64,000 nucleotides of DNA from Escherichia coli (GTDB taxonomy: Bacteria; Pseudomonadota; Gammaproteobacteria; Enterobacterales; Enterobacteriaceae): the NCBI RefSeq assembly GCF_003018235.1, contig NZ_CP027437.1; one strand, given 5' to 3'. Below are positions 43,039 through 53,660 of the stretch, in pieces. Below the pieces are notes generated by a model. It saw only the letters and a program-made list of their open reading frames with translations, ran no database searches and was not told where the DNA came from. How positions within the stretch are numbered: the stretch's first letter is position 1; every line of letters begins with the position of its first letter. The position numbers and the translations under genes were made by a program.

Positions 43039-45177
43039 ATGACACCGCATGTGATGAAACGAGACGGCTGCAAAGTGCCGTTTAAATCAGAGCGCATCAA
43101 AGAAGCGATTCTGCGTGCAGCTAAAGCAGCGGAAGTCGATGATGCCGATTATTGCGCCACTGTTGCTGCGGTTGTCAGCGAGCAGATGCAGGGCCGCAAC
43201 CAGGTGGATATCAATGAGATCCAGACCGCAGTTGAAAACCAGCTGATGTCGGGTCCATACAAACAACTGGCTCGTGCTTACATCGAGTACCGTCACGATC
43301 GCGACATTGAACGTGAAAAACGCGGTCGCCTGAACCAGGAGATCCGTGGTCTGGTCGAGCAGACCAACTCCTCGTTACTCAACGAAAACGCCAACAAAGA
43401 CAGCAAGGTGATTCCAACCCAGCGCGACCTGCTGGCCGGGATCGTGGCTAAACACTATGCACGCCAGCACCTGCTGCCGCGTGACGTGGTGCAGGCACAT
43501 GAACGTGGTGATATTCACTATCACGATCTCGATTACTCACCGTTCTTCCCGATGTTCAACTGCATGTTGATCGACCTGAAAGGCATGCTGACCCAGGGCT
43601 TTAAAATGGGGAACGCCGAGATTGAACCGCCGAAGTCGATCTCTACGGCAACCGCGGTAACTGCGCAGATTATTGCCCAGGTCGCCAGCCATATTTATGG
43701 CGGCACCACCATTAACCGTATCGATGAAGTGCTGGCACCGTTTGTCACCGCCAGCTACAACAAACATCGCAAGACCGCAGAAGAGTGGAACATCCCGGAC
43801 GCCGAAGGCTACGCTAACTCTCGTACCATCAAAGAGTGCTACGATGCCTTCCAGTCGCTGGAGTACGAAGTAAACACCCTGCATACCGCCAACGGTCAAA
43901 CGCCGTTTGTAACCTTTGGTTTTGGTCTGGGCACCAGCTGGGAGTCGCGCCTGATTCAGGAATCGATCCTGCGTAACCGTATCGCCGGCCTCGGTAAAAA
44001 CCGTAAAACGGCGGTGTTCCCGAAACTGGTGTTTGCGATTCGCGATGGCCTGAACCATAAAAAAGGCGATCCGAACTACGACATCAAACAGCTGGCGCTG
44101 GAGTGCGCAAGCAAGCGCATGTATCCGGATATCCTGAACTACGATCAGGTAGTGAAAGTCACCGGTTCGTTTAAAACCCCGATGGGCTGCCGCAGCTTCC
44201 TCGGCGTGTGGGAAAATGAAAACGGCGAGCAGATCCACGATGGTCGTAACAACCTCGGCGTGATCAGCCTGAACCTGCCGCGTATTGCGCTGGAAGCAAA
44301 AGGCGATGAAGCCACCTTCTGGAAGCTGCTGGATGAACGTCTGGTGCTGGCACGTAAGGCGCTGATGACCCGTATCGCCCGTCTGGAAGGCGTGAAGGCA
44401 CGCGTAGCTCCTATCCTCTATATGGAAGGTGCTTGTGGCGTGCGTCTGAATGCTGACGATGATGTTTCTGAAATCTTCAAAAACGGTCGTGCATCTATTT
44501 CGCTGGGTTACATCGGCATCCACGAAACCATTAACGCGCTGTTCGGCGGCGAGCATGTTTATGACAACGAGCAGCTTCGCGCGAAAGGTATCGCGATTGT
44601 TGAACGTCTGCGTCAGGCAGTGGATCAGTGGAAAGAAGAAACGGGTTATGGTTTCAGTCTCTACAGCACGCCGAGTGAAAACCTGTGCGACCGCTTCTGC
44701 CGTCTCGATACCGCTGAGTTTGGCGTGGTGCCGGGCGTGACCGATAAAGGTTACTACACCAACAGTTTCCACCTTGATGTGGAGAAAAAGGTGAACCCGT
44801 ATGACAAGATCGACTTTGAAGCGCCTTACCCGCCGCTGGCGAACGGTGGTTTCATTTGCTACGGCGAGTATCCAAACATTCAGCACAACCTGAAGGCGCT
44901 GGAAGATGTCTGGGATTACAGCTATCAGCATGTACCGTATTACGGCACCAATACGCCGATCGATGAGTGCTACGAGTGTGGCTTTACTGGCGAGTTCGAG
45001 TGCACCAGCAAAGGCTTCACTTGCCCGAAATGTGGTAACCATGACGCCTCCCGTGTGTCGGTAACTCGCCGCGTGTGCGGATATTTAGGTAGCCCGGATG
45101 CACGTCCATTTAACGCCGGTAAGCAGGAAGAAGTTAAGCGCCGCGTTAAACATTTGGGGAATGGGCAGATAGGTTAA
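43039..45177 (+). CDS. nrdD: Anaerobic ribonucleoside-triphosphate reductase
   Basis: 712-aa ORF with ATP-cone N-terminus and C-terminal glycyl-radical motif RVCGY. Confidence 0.95.
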   Translation: MTPHVMKRDGCKVPFKSERIKEAILRAAKAAEVDDADYCATVAAVVSEQMQGRNQVDINEIQTAVENQLMSGPYKQLARAYIEYRHDRDIEREKRGRLNQEIRGLVEQTNSSLLNENANKDSKVIPTQRDLLAGIVAKHYARQHLLPRDVVQAHERGDIHYHDLDYSPFFPMFNCMLIDLKGMLTQGFKMGNAEIEPPKSISTATAVTAQIIAQVASHIYGGTTINRIDEVLAPFVTASYNKHRKTAEEWNIPDAEGYANSRTIKECYDAFQSLEYEVNTLHTANGQTPFVTFGFGLGTSWESRLIQESILRNRIAGLGKNRKTAVFPKLVFAIRDGLNHKKGDPNYDIKQLALECASKRMYPDILNYDQVVKVTGSFKTPMGCRSFLGVWENENGEQIHDGRNNLGVISLNLPRIALEAKGDEATFWKLLDERLVLARKALMTRIARLEGVKARVAPILYMEGACGVRLNADDDVSEIFKNGRASISLGYIGIHETINALFGGEHVYDNEQLRAKGIAIVERLRQAVDQWKEETGYGFSLYSTPSENLCDRFCRLDTAEFGVVPGVTDKGYYTNSFHLDVEKKVNPYDKIDFEAPYPPLANGGFICYGEYPNIQHNLKALEDVWDYSYQHVPYYGTNTPIDECYECGFTGEFECTSKGFTCPKCGNHDASRVSVTRRVCGYLGSPDARPFNAGKQEEVKRRVKHLGNGQIG

Positions 45178-45184
45178 TCCTTCC

Positions 45185-45222
45185 CCCTCACCCTAACCCT
45201 CTCCCTCAAGGGAGAGGGTACC
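45185..45222. repeat. Second copy of the dispersed hairpin repeat (ccctcaccctaaccctctccctcaagggagagggtacc)
   Basis: Near-identical to the element at 20262-20298. Confidence 0.6.
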
Positions 45223-45361
45223 GTTCCGTGCCCCTTCCTGATTCCCGACATAATGAATTGCCTCTGGCCAGTTGGTGTCGTCGCAAGGTGGCAAATGCGT
45301 AGCATCGGGGGACTTCGCCCGTACGCACCAGAGCAGTCATGGCGTCAATTGAGAATCGAAA

Positions 45362-45826
45362 ATGAACTTTCATCAGTACTATCCTGTCGACATCGTCAAC
45401 GGCCCCGGCACTCGCTGCACCCTGTTTGTCTCCGGGTGTGTTCATGAATGCCCCGGTTGCTATAACAAAAGCACCTGGCGGGTAAATTCCGGTCAGCCAT
45501 TTACCAAAGCAATGGAAGACCAGATCATTAACGATCTAAATGACACTCGCATCAAACGCCAGGGGATTTCCCTCTCCGGCGGCGATCCGCTGCATCCGCA
45601 AAACGTGCCGGATATTCTGAAACTGGTACAACGAATCCGCGCCGAATGTCCGGGTAAAGACATTTGGGTGTGGACAGGCTATAAACTCGACGAACTCAAC
45701 GCTGCGCAAATGCAGGTTGTTGATTTGATTAACGTACTGGTCGACGGCAAATTTGTGCAGGATTTAAAAGACCCTTCCCTGATCTGGCGCGGCAGCAGCA
45801 ATCAGGTGGTGCATCATTTGCGTTAG
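45362..45826 (+). CDS. nrdG: Anaerobic ribonucleotide reductase activating protein (radical SAM)
   Basis: Translation MNFHQYYPVDIVNGPGTRCTLFVSGCVHECPGCYN. Confidence 0.93.
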   Translation: MNFHQYYPVDIVNGPGTRCTLFVSGCVHECPGCYNKSTWRVNSGQPFTKAMEDQIINDLNDTRIKRQGISLSGGDPLHPQNVPDILKLVQRIRAECPGKDIWVWTGYKLDELNAAQMQVVDLINVLVDGKFVQDLKDPSLIWRGSSNQVVHHLR

Positions 45827-46117
45827 TCACTCATCCAGCCGTTTAGTCGCGTCTTCATAAACGGCTGAGTTCTCTCTCTTACCAATAGCTATCACCAACA
45901 CGAGCAACTCTTTATCGTTAACCTGATAAACCAGGCGATATCCCTGTGTGCGCAGCTTAATTTTGTAGCAGTCCGGTAAATCCCGCAGTTTAGCCGATGG
46001 ATTGCGCGGCCTTTTCAGCACATCCTCAAGCTTTTTTTTAAATTGTTCCCGGACTGTCACGCCCAGTTTTTGCCACTCTTTCAGCGCCCGCGGATCAAAC
46101 GCCAGCTCATAGTTCAT
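45827..46117 (-). CDS. relE: RelE-family mRNA interferase toxin
   Basis: Translation MNYELAFDPRALKEWQKLG...DCYKIKLR..GYRLVYQV aligns by eye with E. coli RelE; stop codon directly abuts nrdG stop. Confidence 0.8.
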   Translation of the reverse strand: MNYELAFDPRALKEWQKLGVTVREQFKKKLEDVLKRPRNPSAKLRDLPDCYKIKLRTQGYRLVYQVNDKELLVLVIAIGKRENSAVYEDATKRLDE

Positions 46118-46349
46118 CCAGTCGGACCTTAATGGCCTCTTGTGGGTTGGCCAGTCGTTCCCTGACAGTGCGTAACAAGGCTTCTTCACTATCACTGACA
46201 GTGAGCGTTTTTACCGGCATTCGTCCATTTTCCGCAACGTACTGAAACAGCAGTCGCACTGCTTCAGTAGGCGTGATATTTAATTTTTCCAGCACCGCAT
46301 AAGCCTCATTTTTCAGTTTGTCATCCAGGCGGACGTTAAGTGTGGCCAT
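46107..46349 (-). CDS. relB: RelB-family antitoxin
   Basis: Translation MATLNVRLDDKLKNEAYAVLEKLNITPTEAVRLL... resembles RelB; overlaps the toxin start by 11 nt. Confidence 0.8.
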   Translation of the reverse strand: MATLNVRLDDKLKNEAYAVLEKLNITPTEAVRLLFQYVAENGRMPVKTLTVSDSEEALLRTVRERLANPQEAIKVRLDEL

Positions 46350-46540
46350 TATGCCTCCGGTAATTATGAAAAGTGTAATGCATTATAGCATTACATATGC
46401 ATTACATTCATTTCTGGAAAACGCCTCGCAAAAATGAGGACGACACGCAGGAATATGCCGTGGTGAAGATAGATATTGCGGTGATTTTACGAAGGGAGAA
46501 GAAAGCGTTGGGCGGTAACGTTTCACCGCCCAATAAGGAA

Positions 46541-46930
<390 letters not shown>

Positions 46931-46982
46931 TCACTTCCTTTTTTATTATGAAGATTTGGCGCGGCAGGTCGCGCCAGTTTTT

Positions 46983-48335
46983 TTACTGCCCGGCGATTTT
47001 CATCTCCGGCAACAGCACAGAACCACACTGTATATTACTGCGTGTTTCAATATCGTTACCGACGGTGACAATATTGCGCCACATATCTTTCAAATTACCT
47101 GCGATGGTGATTTCACTAACAGGATACTGAATTTCGCCATTCTCTACCCAGAAGCCCGCTGCACCACGGGAATAATCACCGGTAATGGCACTCACGCCCT
47201 GGCCCATCAGCTCCGTCACCACCAGCCCGGTGCCCATCTCTTTAAGCATTTGTTCGAAGCTTAGCCCTTGTCCGGCAATCCGCCAGTTGTGAATACCGCC
47301 CGCATGTCCGGTGCTTTTCAGCCCCAGTTTCCGCGCCGAGTAGCTGGTCAGCAGCCACTGAGTCAGGATGCCATCTTTGACGATATCGCGGCGCTCGGTG
47401 CGCACACCTTCGCTGTCGAATGGCGTCGACGCCAGCCCTTTCAGCAGATGCGGATGCTCTTCAATGGTCAGCCAGTCCGGCAGAATTTGTTTACCCAGCG
47501 AATCCAGCAGGAAGGTAGATTTACGGTAAACCGATCCACCCGCTATCGCCCCCACCAGATGGCCAAAAAGCCCGGTTGCCACTTCATTGGCAAAAATGAC
47601 CGGCGCTTTCATGGTGGAGAGTTTACGCGGTGACAGGCGCGATAAAGTACGGCGAGCACAGTCGGCCCCAACCCACTCTGGCGTTTGCAGATCGCTCATC
47701 GCACGACCAATGGTGTAGGCGTAATCACGCTCCATATCGCCATTTTCTTCAGCAATTACACAGCTGGAGAGCGAATGACGCGTAGAGCAGTAACCCTGCA
47801 ACATGCCGTGGCTGTTGCCAAAAACTTTGACACCGTAGTGGCTGTTAAAGCTGCCACCTTCGGTATTGGTGATGCGTTTGTCCGCCTGCAATGCTGCCTG
47901 TTCTGCGCGGGCCGCCAGTTCAATGGCTTCATCCGGGGAAACTTCCGCAGGGTGGAACAAGTCGAGATCCGGTGCGTCAAAGGCCAGCAGCTCTTTGTCT
48001 GCCACGCCGGCACAGGGATCTGGCGAGGTATAACGGGCAATATCCAGCGCCGCCTGTACGGTGCGGGCAATGGCCTGCGGGCTTAAATCGGTAGACGATG
48101 CGCTACCTTTACGGTTCTGGTGATAAACGGTGATCCCCAGCGCGCCATCGCTATTGAATTCAACATTCTCCACTTCACCATAACGCGTGCTTACGCTAAT
48201 GCCGGTGGTCTTGCTGACGGCAACTTCTGCACCGTCCGATTTGACTGAGGCCAACTCCAGCGCAGTGGAAACTGCTTCTTCCAGAATCTTGCGCTGCGCT
48301 TCAACTTGAGAGATTACTTTCATTGCAAGTGCCAT
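46983..48335 (-). CDS. pmbA: Metalloprotease PmbA (TldE)
   Basis: 450-aa [25 protein letters not shown]... Confidence 0.92.
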   Translation of the reverse strand: MALAMKVISQVEAQRKILEEAVSTALELASVKSDGAEVAVSKTTGISVSTRYGEVENVEFNSDGALGITVYHQNRKGSASSTDLSPQAIARTVQAALDIARYTSPDPCAGVADKELLAFDAPDLDLFHPAEVSPDEAIELAARAEQAALQADKRITNTEGGSFNSHYGVKVFGNSHGMLQGYCSTRHSLSSCVIAEENGDMERDYAYTIGRAMSDLQTPEWVGADCARRTLSRLSPRKLSTMKAPVIFANEVATGLFGHLVGAIAGGSVYRKSTFLLDSLGKQILPDWLTIEEHPHLLKGLASTPFDSEGVRTERRDIVKDGILTQWLLTSYSARKLGLKSTGHAGGIHNWRIAGQGLSFEQMLKEMGTGLVVTELMGQGVSAITGDYSRGAAGFWVENGEIQYPVSEITIAGNLKDMWRNIVTVGNDIETRSNIQCGSVLLPEMKIAGQ

Positions 48336-48428
48336 AATGTAGAGAGTTTCTCTGAAGTCTAACAGAGAACCGTTTTTCAGTGCGCATCTTAACTGGTAAC
48401 ATTAGCCTCTTTTTTTAAGGAGCCTGAG

Positions 48429-48980
48429 ATGACTAAGCAGCCCGAAGACTGGCTCGACGACGTTCCCGGTGATGACATCGAAGACGAAGACGATGAAATT
48501 ATCTGGGTCAGTAAAAGTGAAATTAAACGTGATGCCGAGGAGCTAAAACGCCTTGGCGCGGAAATTGTTGATCTGGGGAAAAACGCGCTGGATAAGATCC
48601 CGTTAGATGCGGATCTGCGCGCGGCTATTGAGCTCGCCCAGCGTATTAAGATGGAAGGTCGCCGCCGCCAGTTGCAGCTCATCGGTAAGATGCTGCGCCA
48701 GCGCGACGTAGAGCCTATTCGTCAGGCGCTGGATAAGCTGAAAAACCGTCACAACCAGCAGGTGGTGCTGTTCCATAAACTGGAAAACCTGCGCGATCGT
48801 CTGATCGACCAGGGTGATGACGCCATCGCTGAAGTATTGAATCTGTGGCCCGATGCCGATCGTCAGCAACTGCGTACTCTGATCCGTAACGCGAAGAAAG
48901 AGAAAGAAGGGAATAAGCCGCCGAAATCCGCACGCCAGATTTTCCAGTATCTGCGCGAGTTAGCGGAGAATGAAGGGTAA
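48429..48980 (+). CDS. yjgA: DUF615 ribosome-associated protein YjgA
   Basis: 183-aa [24 protein letters not shown]... Confidence 0.88.
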
Positions 48981-49006
48981 TTTTCGTTGTTGATGTGAGT
49001 ATGGTT

Positions 49007-49037
49007 TGCCGGATGCGGCGTAAACGCCTTATCCGGC
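49007..49037. repeat. REP element between yjgA and mpl
   Basis: tgccggatgcggcgtaaacgccttatccggca palindromic REP consensus. Confidence 0.65.
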
Positions 49038-49062
49038 AATGCTATATCATGCTGAAGCCGAA

Positions 49063-50436
49063 TTACTGCGCAGCTTCCGCCTTCTTCGCCAGTCCATCCA
49101 GCAGTTTCTGATGGATCCCACCAAAACCGCCGTTGCTCATCACCAGAATATGGTCGCCAGGCTGAGCGGTTTTCACCACCATATCTGCCAGCGTATCCAC
49201 ATCGCCACTCCAGTGTGCAGGCTGAACGCAGGCTTCTGCCACTTCTGCCACCTGCCATGGAATATGCGCCGGTTGCAGCAGGAAGACTTCATCGGCACGA
49301 CCTAATGAAGGTGCCAGATCGTCTTTGCAGATCCCCATTTTCATGGTATTCGAGCGCGGTTCCAGCACAGCAATAATGCGCGCCGTACCACCAACTTTGC
49401 CACGCAGCGCCGCCAGCGTTGCCAGAATCGCCGTCGGGTGATGGGCAAAATCGTCATATACCGTGACGCCATTCGCTTCACCACGCAACTCCAGACGGCG
49501 ACGAGCATTAATAAACGAACCCAGCGCGTTAGCGGCATCTGCCGGCGCTACACCAACATGGCGAGCCGCCGCAATCGCCATCAGGCCATTGTGCATATTA
49601 TGTTCGCCTACCAGCGACCATTTCACTTCGCCCACTTTTTCGCCATCCAGCAAGACTTCCCATTCGGAAGCATCGGTGGTCAGCTTTTTCGCCTGCCAGT
49701 GACCCTGCTCGCCCACCAGCTCCTGCTCGCTCCAGCAGCCCATCGCCATGGTCTGTTTCAGGTTGATGTCGTTTTCCGGCCAGATAATACGGCCCTGCCC
49801 CGGAACGATACGCACCAGATGGTGGAACTGTTTCTGGATCGCTTTCAGGTCGTCAAAGATATCGGCGTGATCGAACTCAAGGTTGTTGAGGATCAGCGTA
49901 CGCGGGCAGTAATGGACAAATTTAGAGCGTTTGTCGAAGAAGGCGCAGTCATACTCATCCGCTTCGATAACAAAGAAGTCGCTTTCGCCCAGACGCGCCG
50001 AGACCTCAAAGTTCCCCGGCACACCGCCGATCACAAATCCGGGTTTGTAACCGCACTGTTCCAGAATCCAGGTCGCCATTCCCGCTGTAGTCGTTTTACC
50101 GTGTGTACCGGCGACGGCCAGCACCCAACGGTCACGCAGTACAAAATCGTGCAGCCACTGCGGACCTGACATATAAGGGATGTTTTTTTCCAGTACCGCT
50201 TCCACACACGGATTTCCACGGGTCATGGCGTTGCCAATAATCACCAGATCCGGCTGCGGGTCGAGCTGGCTGGCATCGTAACCCTGAATCAGTTCAATGC
50301 CTTGCTTCTCAAGTAAGGTGCTCATCGGCGGATACACATTGGCGTCCGAACCCGTTACTTCATGGCCTAACTGGCGCGCCAGCATCGCCAGACCGCCCAT
50401 AAACGTGCCACAAATTCCTAAAATATGAATGCGCAT
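49063..50436 (-). CDS. mpl: UDP-N-acetylmuramate:L-alanyl-gamma-D-glutamyl-meso-DAP ligase
   Basis: 457-aa Mur-ligase family ORF MRIHILGICGTFMGGLA... Confidence 0.93.
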   Translation of the reverse strand: MRIHILGICGTFMGGLAMLARQLGHEVTGSDANVYPPMSTLLEKQGIELIQGYDASQLDPQPDLVIIGNAMTRGNPCVEAVLEKNIPYMSGPQWLHDFVLRDRWVLAVAGTHGKTTTAGMATWILEQCGYKPGFVIGGVPGNFEVSARLGESDFFVIEADEYDCAFFDKRSKFVHYCPRTLILNNLEFDHADIFDDLKAIQKQFHHLVRIVPGQGRIIWPENDINLKQTMAMGCWSEQELVGEQGHWQAKKLTTDASEWEVLLDGEKVGEVKWSLVGEHNMHNGLMAIAAARHVGVAPADAANALGSFINARRRLELRGEANGVTVYDDFAHHPTAILATLAALRGKVGGTARIIAVLEPRSNTMKMGICKDDLAPSLGRADEVFLLQPAHIPWQVAEVAEACVQPAHWSGDVDTLADMVVKTAQPGDHILVMSNGGFGGIHQKLLDGLAKKAEAAQ

Positions 50437-50611
50437 ACGTCACTATCCTTTTTTAATCTGCCGCTCATTTTACGCATATGTCGGGCAAGTGAGAAACGCA
50501 TTTCAGGATAATCCTTAATTTGCTGGCGCGATTCACCTGAGCGCAACATTGAGATTATTTGTTAAGATTGTTGCGGTCGCTTTACTCCATAAACATTGCA
50601 GGGAAAGTTTT

Positions 50612-51610
50612 ATGAAAACGTTAGGTGAATTTATTGTCGAAAAGCAGCACGAGTTTTCTCATGCTACCGGTGAGCTCACTGCTTTGCTGTCGGCAATAAA
50701 ACTGGGCGCCAAGATTATCCATCGCGATATCAACAAAGCAGGACTGGTTGATATCCTGGGTGCCAGCGGTGCTGAGAACGTGCAGGGCGAGGTTCAGCAG
50801 AAACTCGACTTGTTCGCTAATGAAAAACTGAAAGCCGCACTGAAAGCACGCGATATCGTTGCGGGCATTGCCTCTGAAGAAGAAGATGAGATTGTCGTCT
50901 TTGAAGGCTGTGAACACGCAAAATACGTGGTGCTGATGGACCCCCTGGATGGCTCGTCCAACATCGATGTTAACGTCTCTGTCGGTACCATTTTCTCCAT
51001 CTACCGCCGCGTTACGCCTGTCGGCACGCCGGTAACGGAAGAAGATTTCCTCCAGCCTGGTAACAAACAGGTTGCGGCAGGTTACGTGGTATACGGCTCC
51101 TCTACCATGCTGGTTTACACCACCGGATGCGGTGTTCACGCCTTTACTTACGATCCTTCGCTCGGCGTTTTCTGCCTGTGCCAGGAACGGATGCGCTTCC
51201 CGGAGAAAGGCAAAACCTACTCCATCAACGAAGGAAACTACATTAAGTTTCCGAACGGGGTGAAGAAGTACATTAAATTCTGCCAGGAAGAAGATAAGTC
51301 CACCAACCGCCCTTATACCTCACGTTATATCGGTTCACTGGTCGCGGATTTCCACCGTAACCTGCTGAAAGGCGGTATTTATCTCTACCCAAGCACCGCC
51401 AGCCACCCGGACGGTAAACTGCGTTTACTGTATGAGTGCAACCCGATGGCATTCCTGGCGGAACAAGCGGGCGGTAAAGCGAGCGATGGCAAAGAGCGTA
51501 TTCTGGATATCATCCCGGAAACCCTGCACCAGCGCCGTTCGTTCTTTGTCGGCAACGACCATATGGTTGAAGATGTCGAACGCTTTATCCGTGAGTTCCC
51601 GGACGCGTAA
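50612..51610 (+). CDS. fbp: Fructose-1,6-bisphosphatase class 1
   Basis: Translation from [23 protein letters not shown]... Confidence 0.93.
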
Positions 51611-51642
51611 TCTCCTGCGCCTCTCCACACGGAGAGGCGTTT

Positions 51643-52638
51643 TTATCGCTGCGCAATATTGACTCTTGTCACTGGCGAACTCTGGCGATTCTCCCACAGC
51701 ACCGTTAATCCACGCTGTAATGCTATAAAAATAAACAACAAAATACCGATGGCGATTTTCGTCCACCATGAGCTCAGCGTGCCATCAAAGTTTATGTAAG
51801 TCTGAATCAGTCCCTGAATCGCCACGCCAAAAAGCGTTCCCAGCACCGTTCCTACCCCACCACTTAACAACGTACCACCAATCACCACCGACGCGATGGC
51901 GTCCAGTTCCACACCTACGCCCGCCAGCGCATATCCTGCCTGGGTATAAATCGAGAAGACAATTCCTGCCAGTGTCGCCAGTCCGGTAGAGAGCATATAA
52001 ATGCGAATTGTAGTGCTGCGAGTGGAAATCCCCATCAGGTTTGCCGACGTCGCGTTGCCGCCAATGGCGTATACCTGATTACCAAAACGGGTACGATGCG
52101 CGAGGAAAATGCCGATAACCACCACCGCCAGCATCAGCAGTCCCATCGCACTTAAGCGACCGCCGCCAGGGATTTTCCATGCAAGGCTTGAGAGCGTGTC
52201 ATAAACAGGATGATTTATCGGGATCGACTCTTCCGAAACGAGATAGCTGACGCCACGCAAAAAGAACATTCCCGCCAGAGTAATAATAAACGCCGGGATC
52301 TTCAGGGCGTCGATCAAAAGCCCCATAAATGCGCCGAAGGCACAGCCCATCACCAGCACTAGCGGAAACGCCAGCAACGGCGAGAGGCCGAAATCGCCAA
52401 TCACTTTTGCCAGAAACACGCCGGTAAAGGCGATCACCGAACCGACGGAGAGATCGATCCCACCGGAGAGGATCACAAAGGTCATGCCAACAGCGATGAT
52501 CCCAAGGAAAGCATTATCGGTCAGGATATTGCAGATCACTCTTGTAGAAGCGAAACCGGGAAACTGCGTCAGGCAGTAGAGATAGCCCAGCACAAAGACG
52601 CCGATGGTGATCATAAGCGGTAGGTTACGTTTTATCAC
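51643..52638 (-). CDS. yjfF: Sugar ABC transporter permease YjfF
   Basis: 331-aa polytopic permease; operon with ytfT/ytfR/ytfQ. Confidence 0.88.
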   Translation of the reverse strand: MIKRNLPLMITIGVFVLGYLYCLTQFPGFASTRVICNILTDNAFLGIIAVGMTFVILSGGIDLSVGSVIAFTGVFLAKVIGDFGLSPLLAFPLVLVMGCAFGAFMGLLIDALKIPAFIITLAGMFFLRGVSYLVSEESIPINHPVYDTLSSLAWKIPGGGRLSAMGLLMLAVVVIGIFLAHRTRFGNQVYAIGGNATSANLMGISTRSTTIRIYMLSTGLATLAGIVFSIYTQAGYALAGVGVELDAIASVVIGGTLLSGGVGTVLGTLFGVAIQGLIQTYINFDGTLSSWWTKIAIGILLFIFIALQRGLTVLWENRQSSPVTRVNIAQR

Positions 52639-53647
52639 GGCTACGCACTCCTTTAATCAGACTGATAAAGCGTTGCGACTGAACAATCAGCACGCAAAGC
52701 ACCACTACCGCTTTCACCACCTGGTTCATCTCTGGCGGAAAGCCCGAAAGCAAAATTCCGGTGTTCATTCCCTGAATAATCAGCGCCCCTACCACTGAGA
52801 GCAGCAGGTTAAAACGCCCGCCCATCAGCGATCCGCCGCCAATCACCACCGCAAGAATGGCGTCCAGCTCCAGCCATAATCCGGCGTTGTTGGCATCGGC
52901 ACCGCGAATATCCGCCGCCACGATAATGCCCGCAATCGCCGCACACAGCCCGCTCAACACGTAGGTGAGCATGACGATGATTCGCGTGTTGACTCCGGCA
53001 TTTTTTGCCGCCCGAATGTTGATACCAACGGCTTCGATAAACATCCCCAGCGCCGTTTTGCGGGTCAACAGCCAGAACAGGAGAAGCGTCAGCACCGCGA
53101 TAATGACCGGCGTTGGCAGGAACAATAGCGATCCGCTGCCAAACCATGAGAGATCCGGCGAGTTAAACGTGACGATCTGTCCGGAGGTGATCAGTTGCGC
53201 CACGCCGCGCCCGGCGACCATCAGGATCAGGGTGGCAACAAACGGCTGAATTTTGAGGATCGCTACCAGTATGCCGTTCCACAATCCCGCCAGGATGCCA
53301 GTGCCCAGGGCGCTTAACAAAACAATCGGCAGGCTGAATCCCGCGACCGTCATCGCAGCCGTTGTGGCTCCGGCGATAGCCATCACCGCCCCTACGGAGA
53401 GATCGATACCACCAGTGGCGATCACCAGCGTCATGCCAATCGCCAGTAACGCAACGGGAGCTGCACGGTTAAGGATGTCGATAGGGCTACCGAACAAACG
53501 CCCATCCTGAAGCACAACCTGCCAGAAATGCGGGGCCACCAGACTGTCGACCAGCAGCACCAGCAATAGCGCTACCAGTTGCGGCATTCCTGTTGGCCAG
53601 CGAAAGCGCCTTTTCGGCGGCGTAGTGTCCGGGAGAGATTGAGGCAT
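52625..53647 (-). CDS. ytfT: Sugar ABC transporter permease YtfT
   Basis: Polytopic permease; overlaps yjfF start. Confidence 0.85.
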   Translation of the reverse strand: MPQSLPDTTPPKRRFRWPTGMPQLVALLLVLLVDSLVAPHFWQVVLQDGRLFGSPIDILNRAAPVALLAIGMTLVIATGGIDLSVGAVMAIAGATTAAMTVAGFSLPIVLLSALGTGILAGLWNGILVAILKIQPFVATLILMVAGRGVAQLITSGQIVTFNSPDLSWFGSGSLLFLPTPVIIAVLTLLLFWLLTRKTALGMFIEAVGINIRAAKNAGVNTRIIVMLTYVLSGLCAAIAGIIVAADIRGADANNAGLWLELDAILAVVIGGGSLMGGRFNLLLSVVGALIIQGMNTGILLSGFPPEMNQVVKAVVVLCVLIVQSQRFISLIKGVRSRDKT

Positions 53648-53660
53648 CACACTGTTCTCC

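Noticed and set aside
43537-45042. 501-aa ORF on the minus strand
   Set aside because: Entirely antisense to nrdD, which is confidently identified; arginine-rich composition is typical of a spurious antisense frame.
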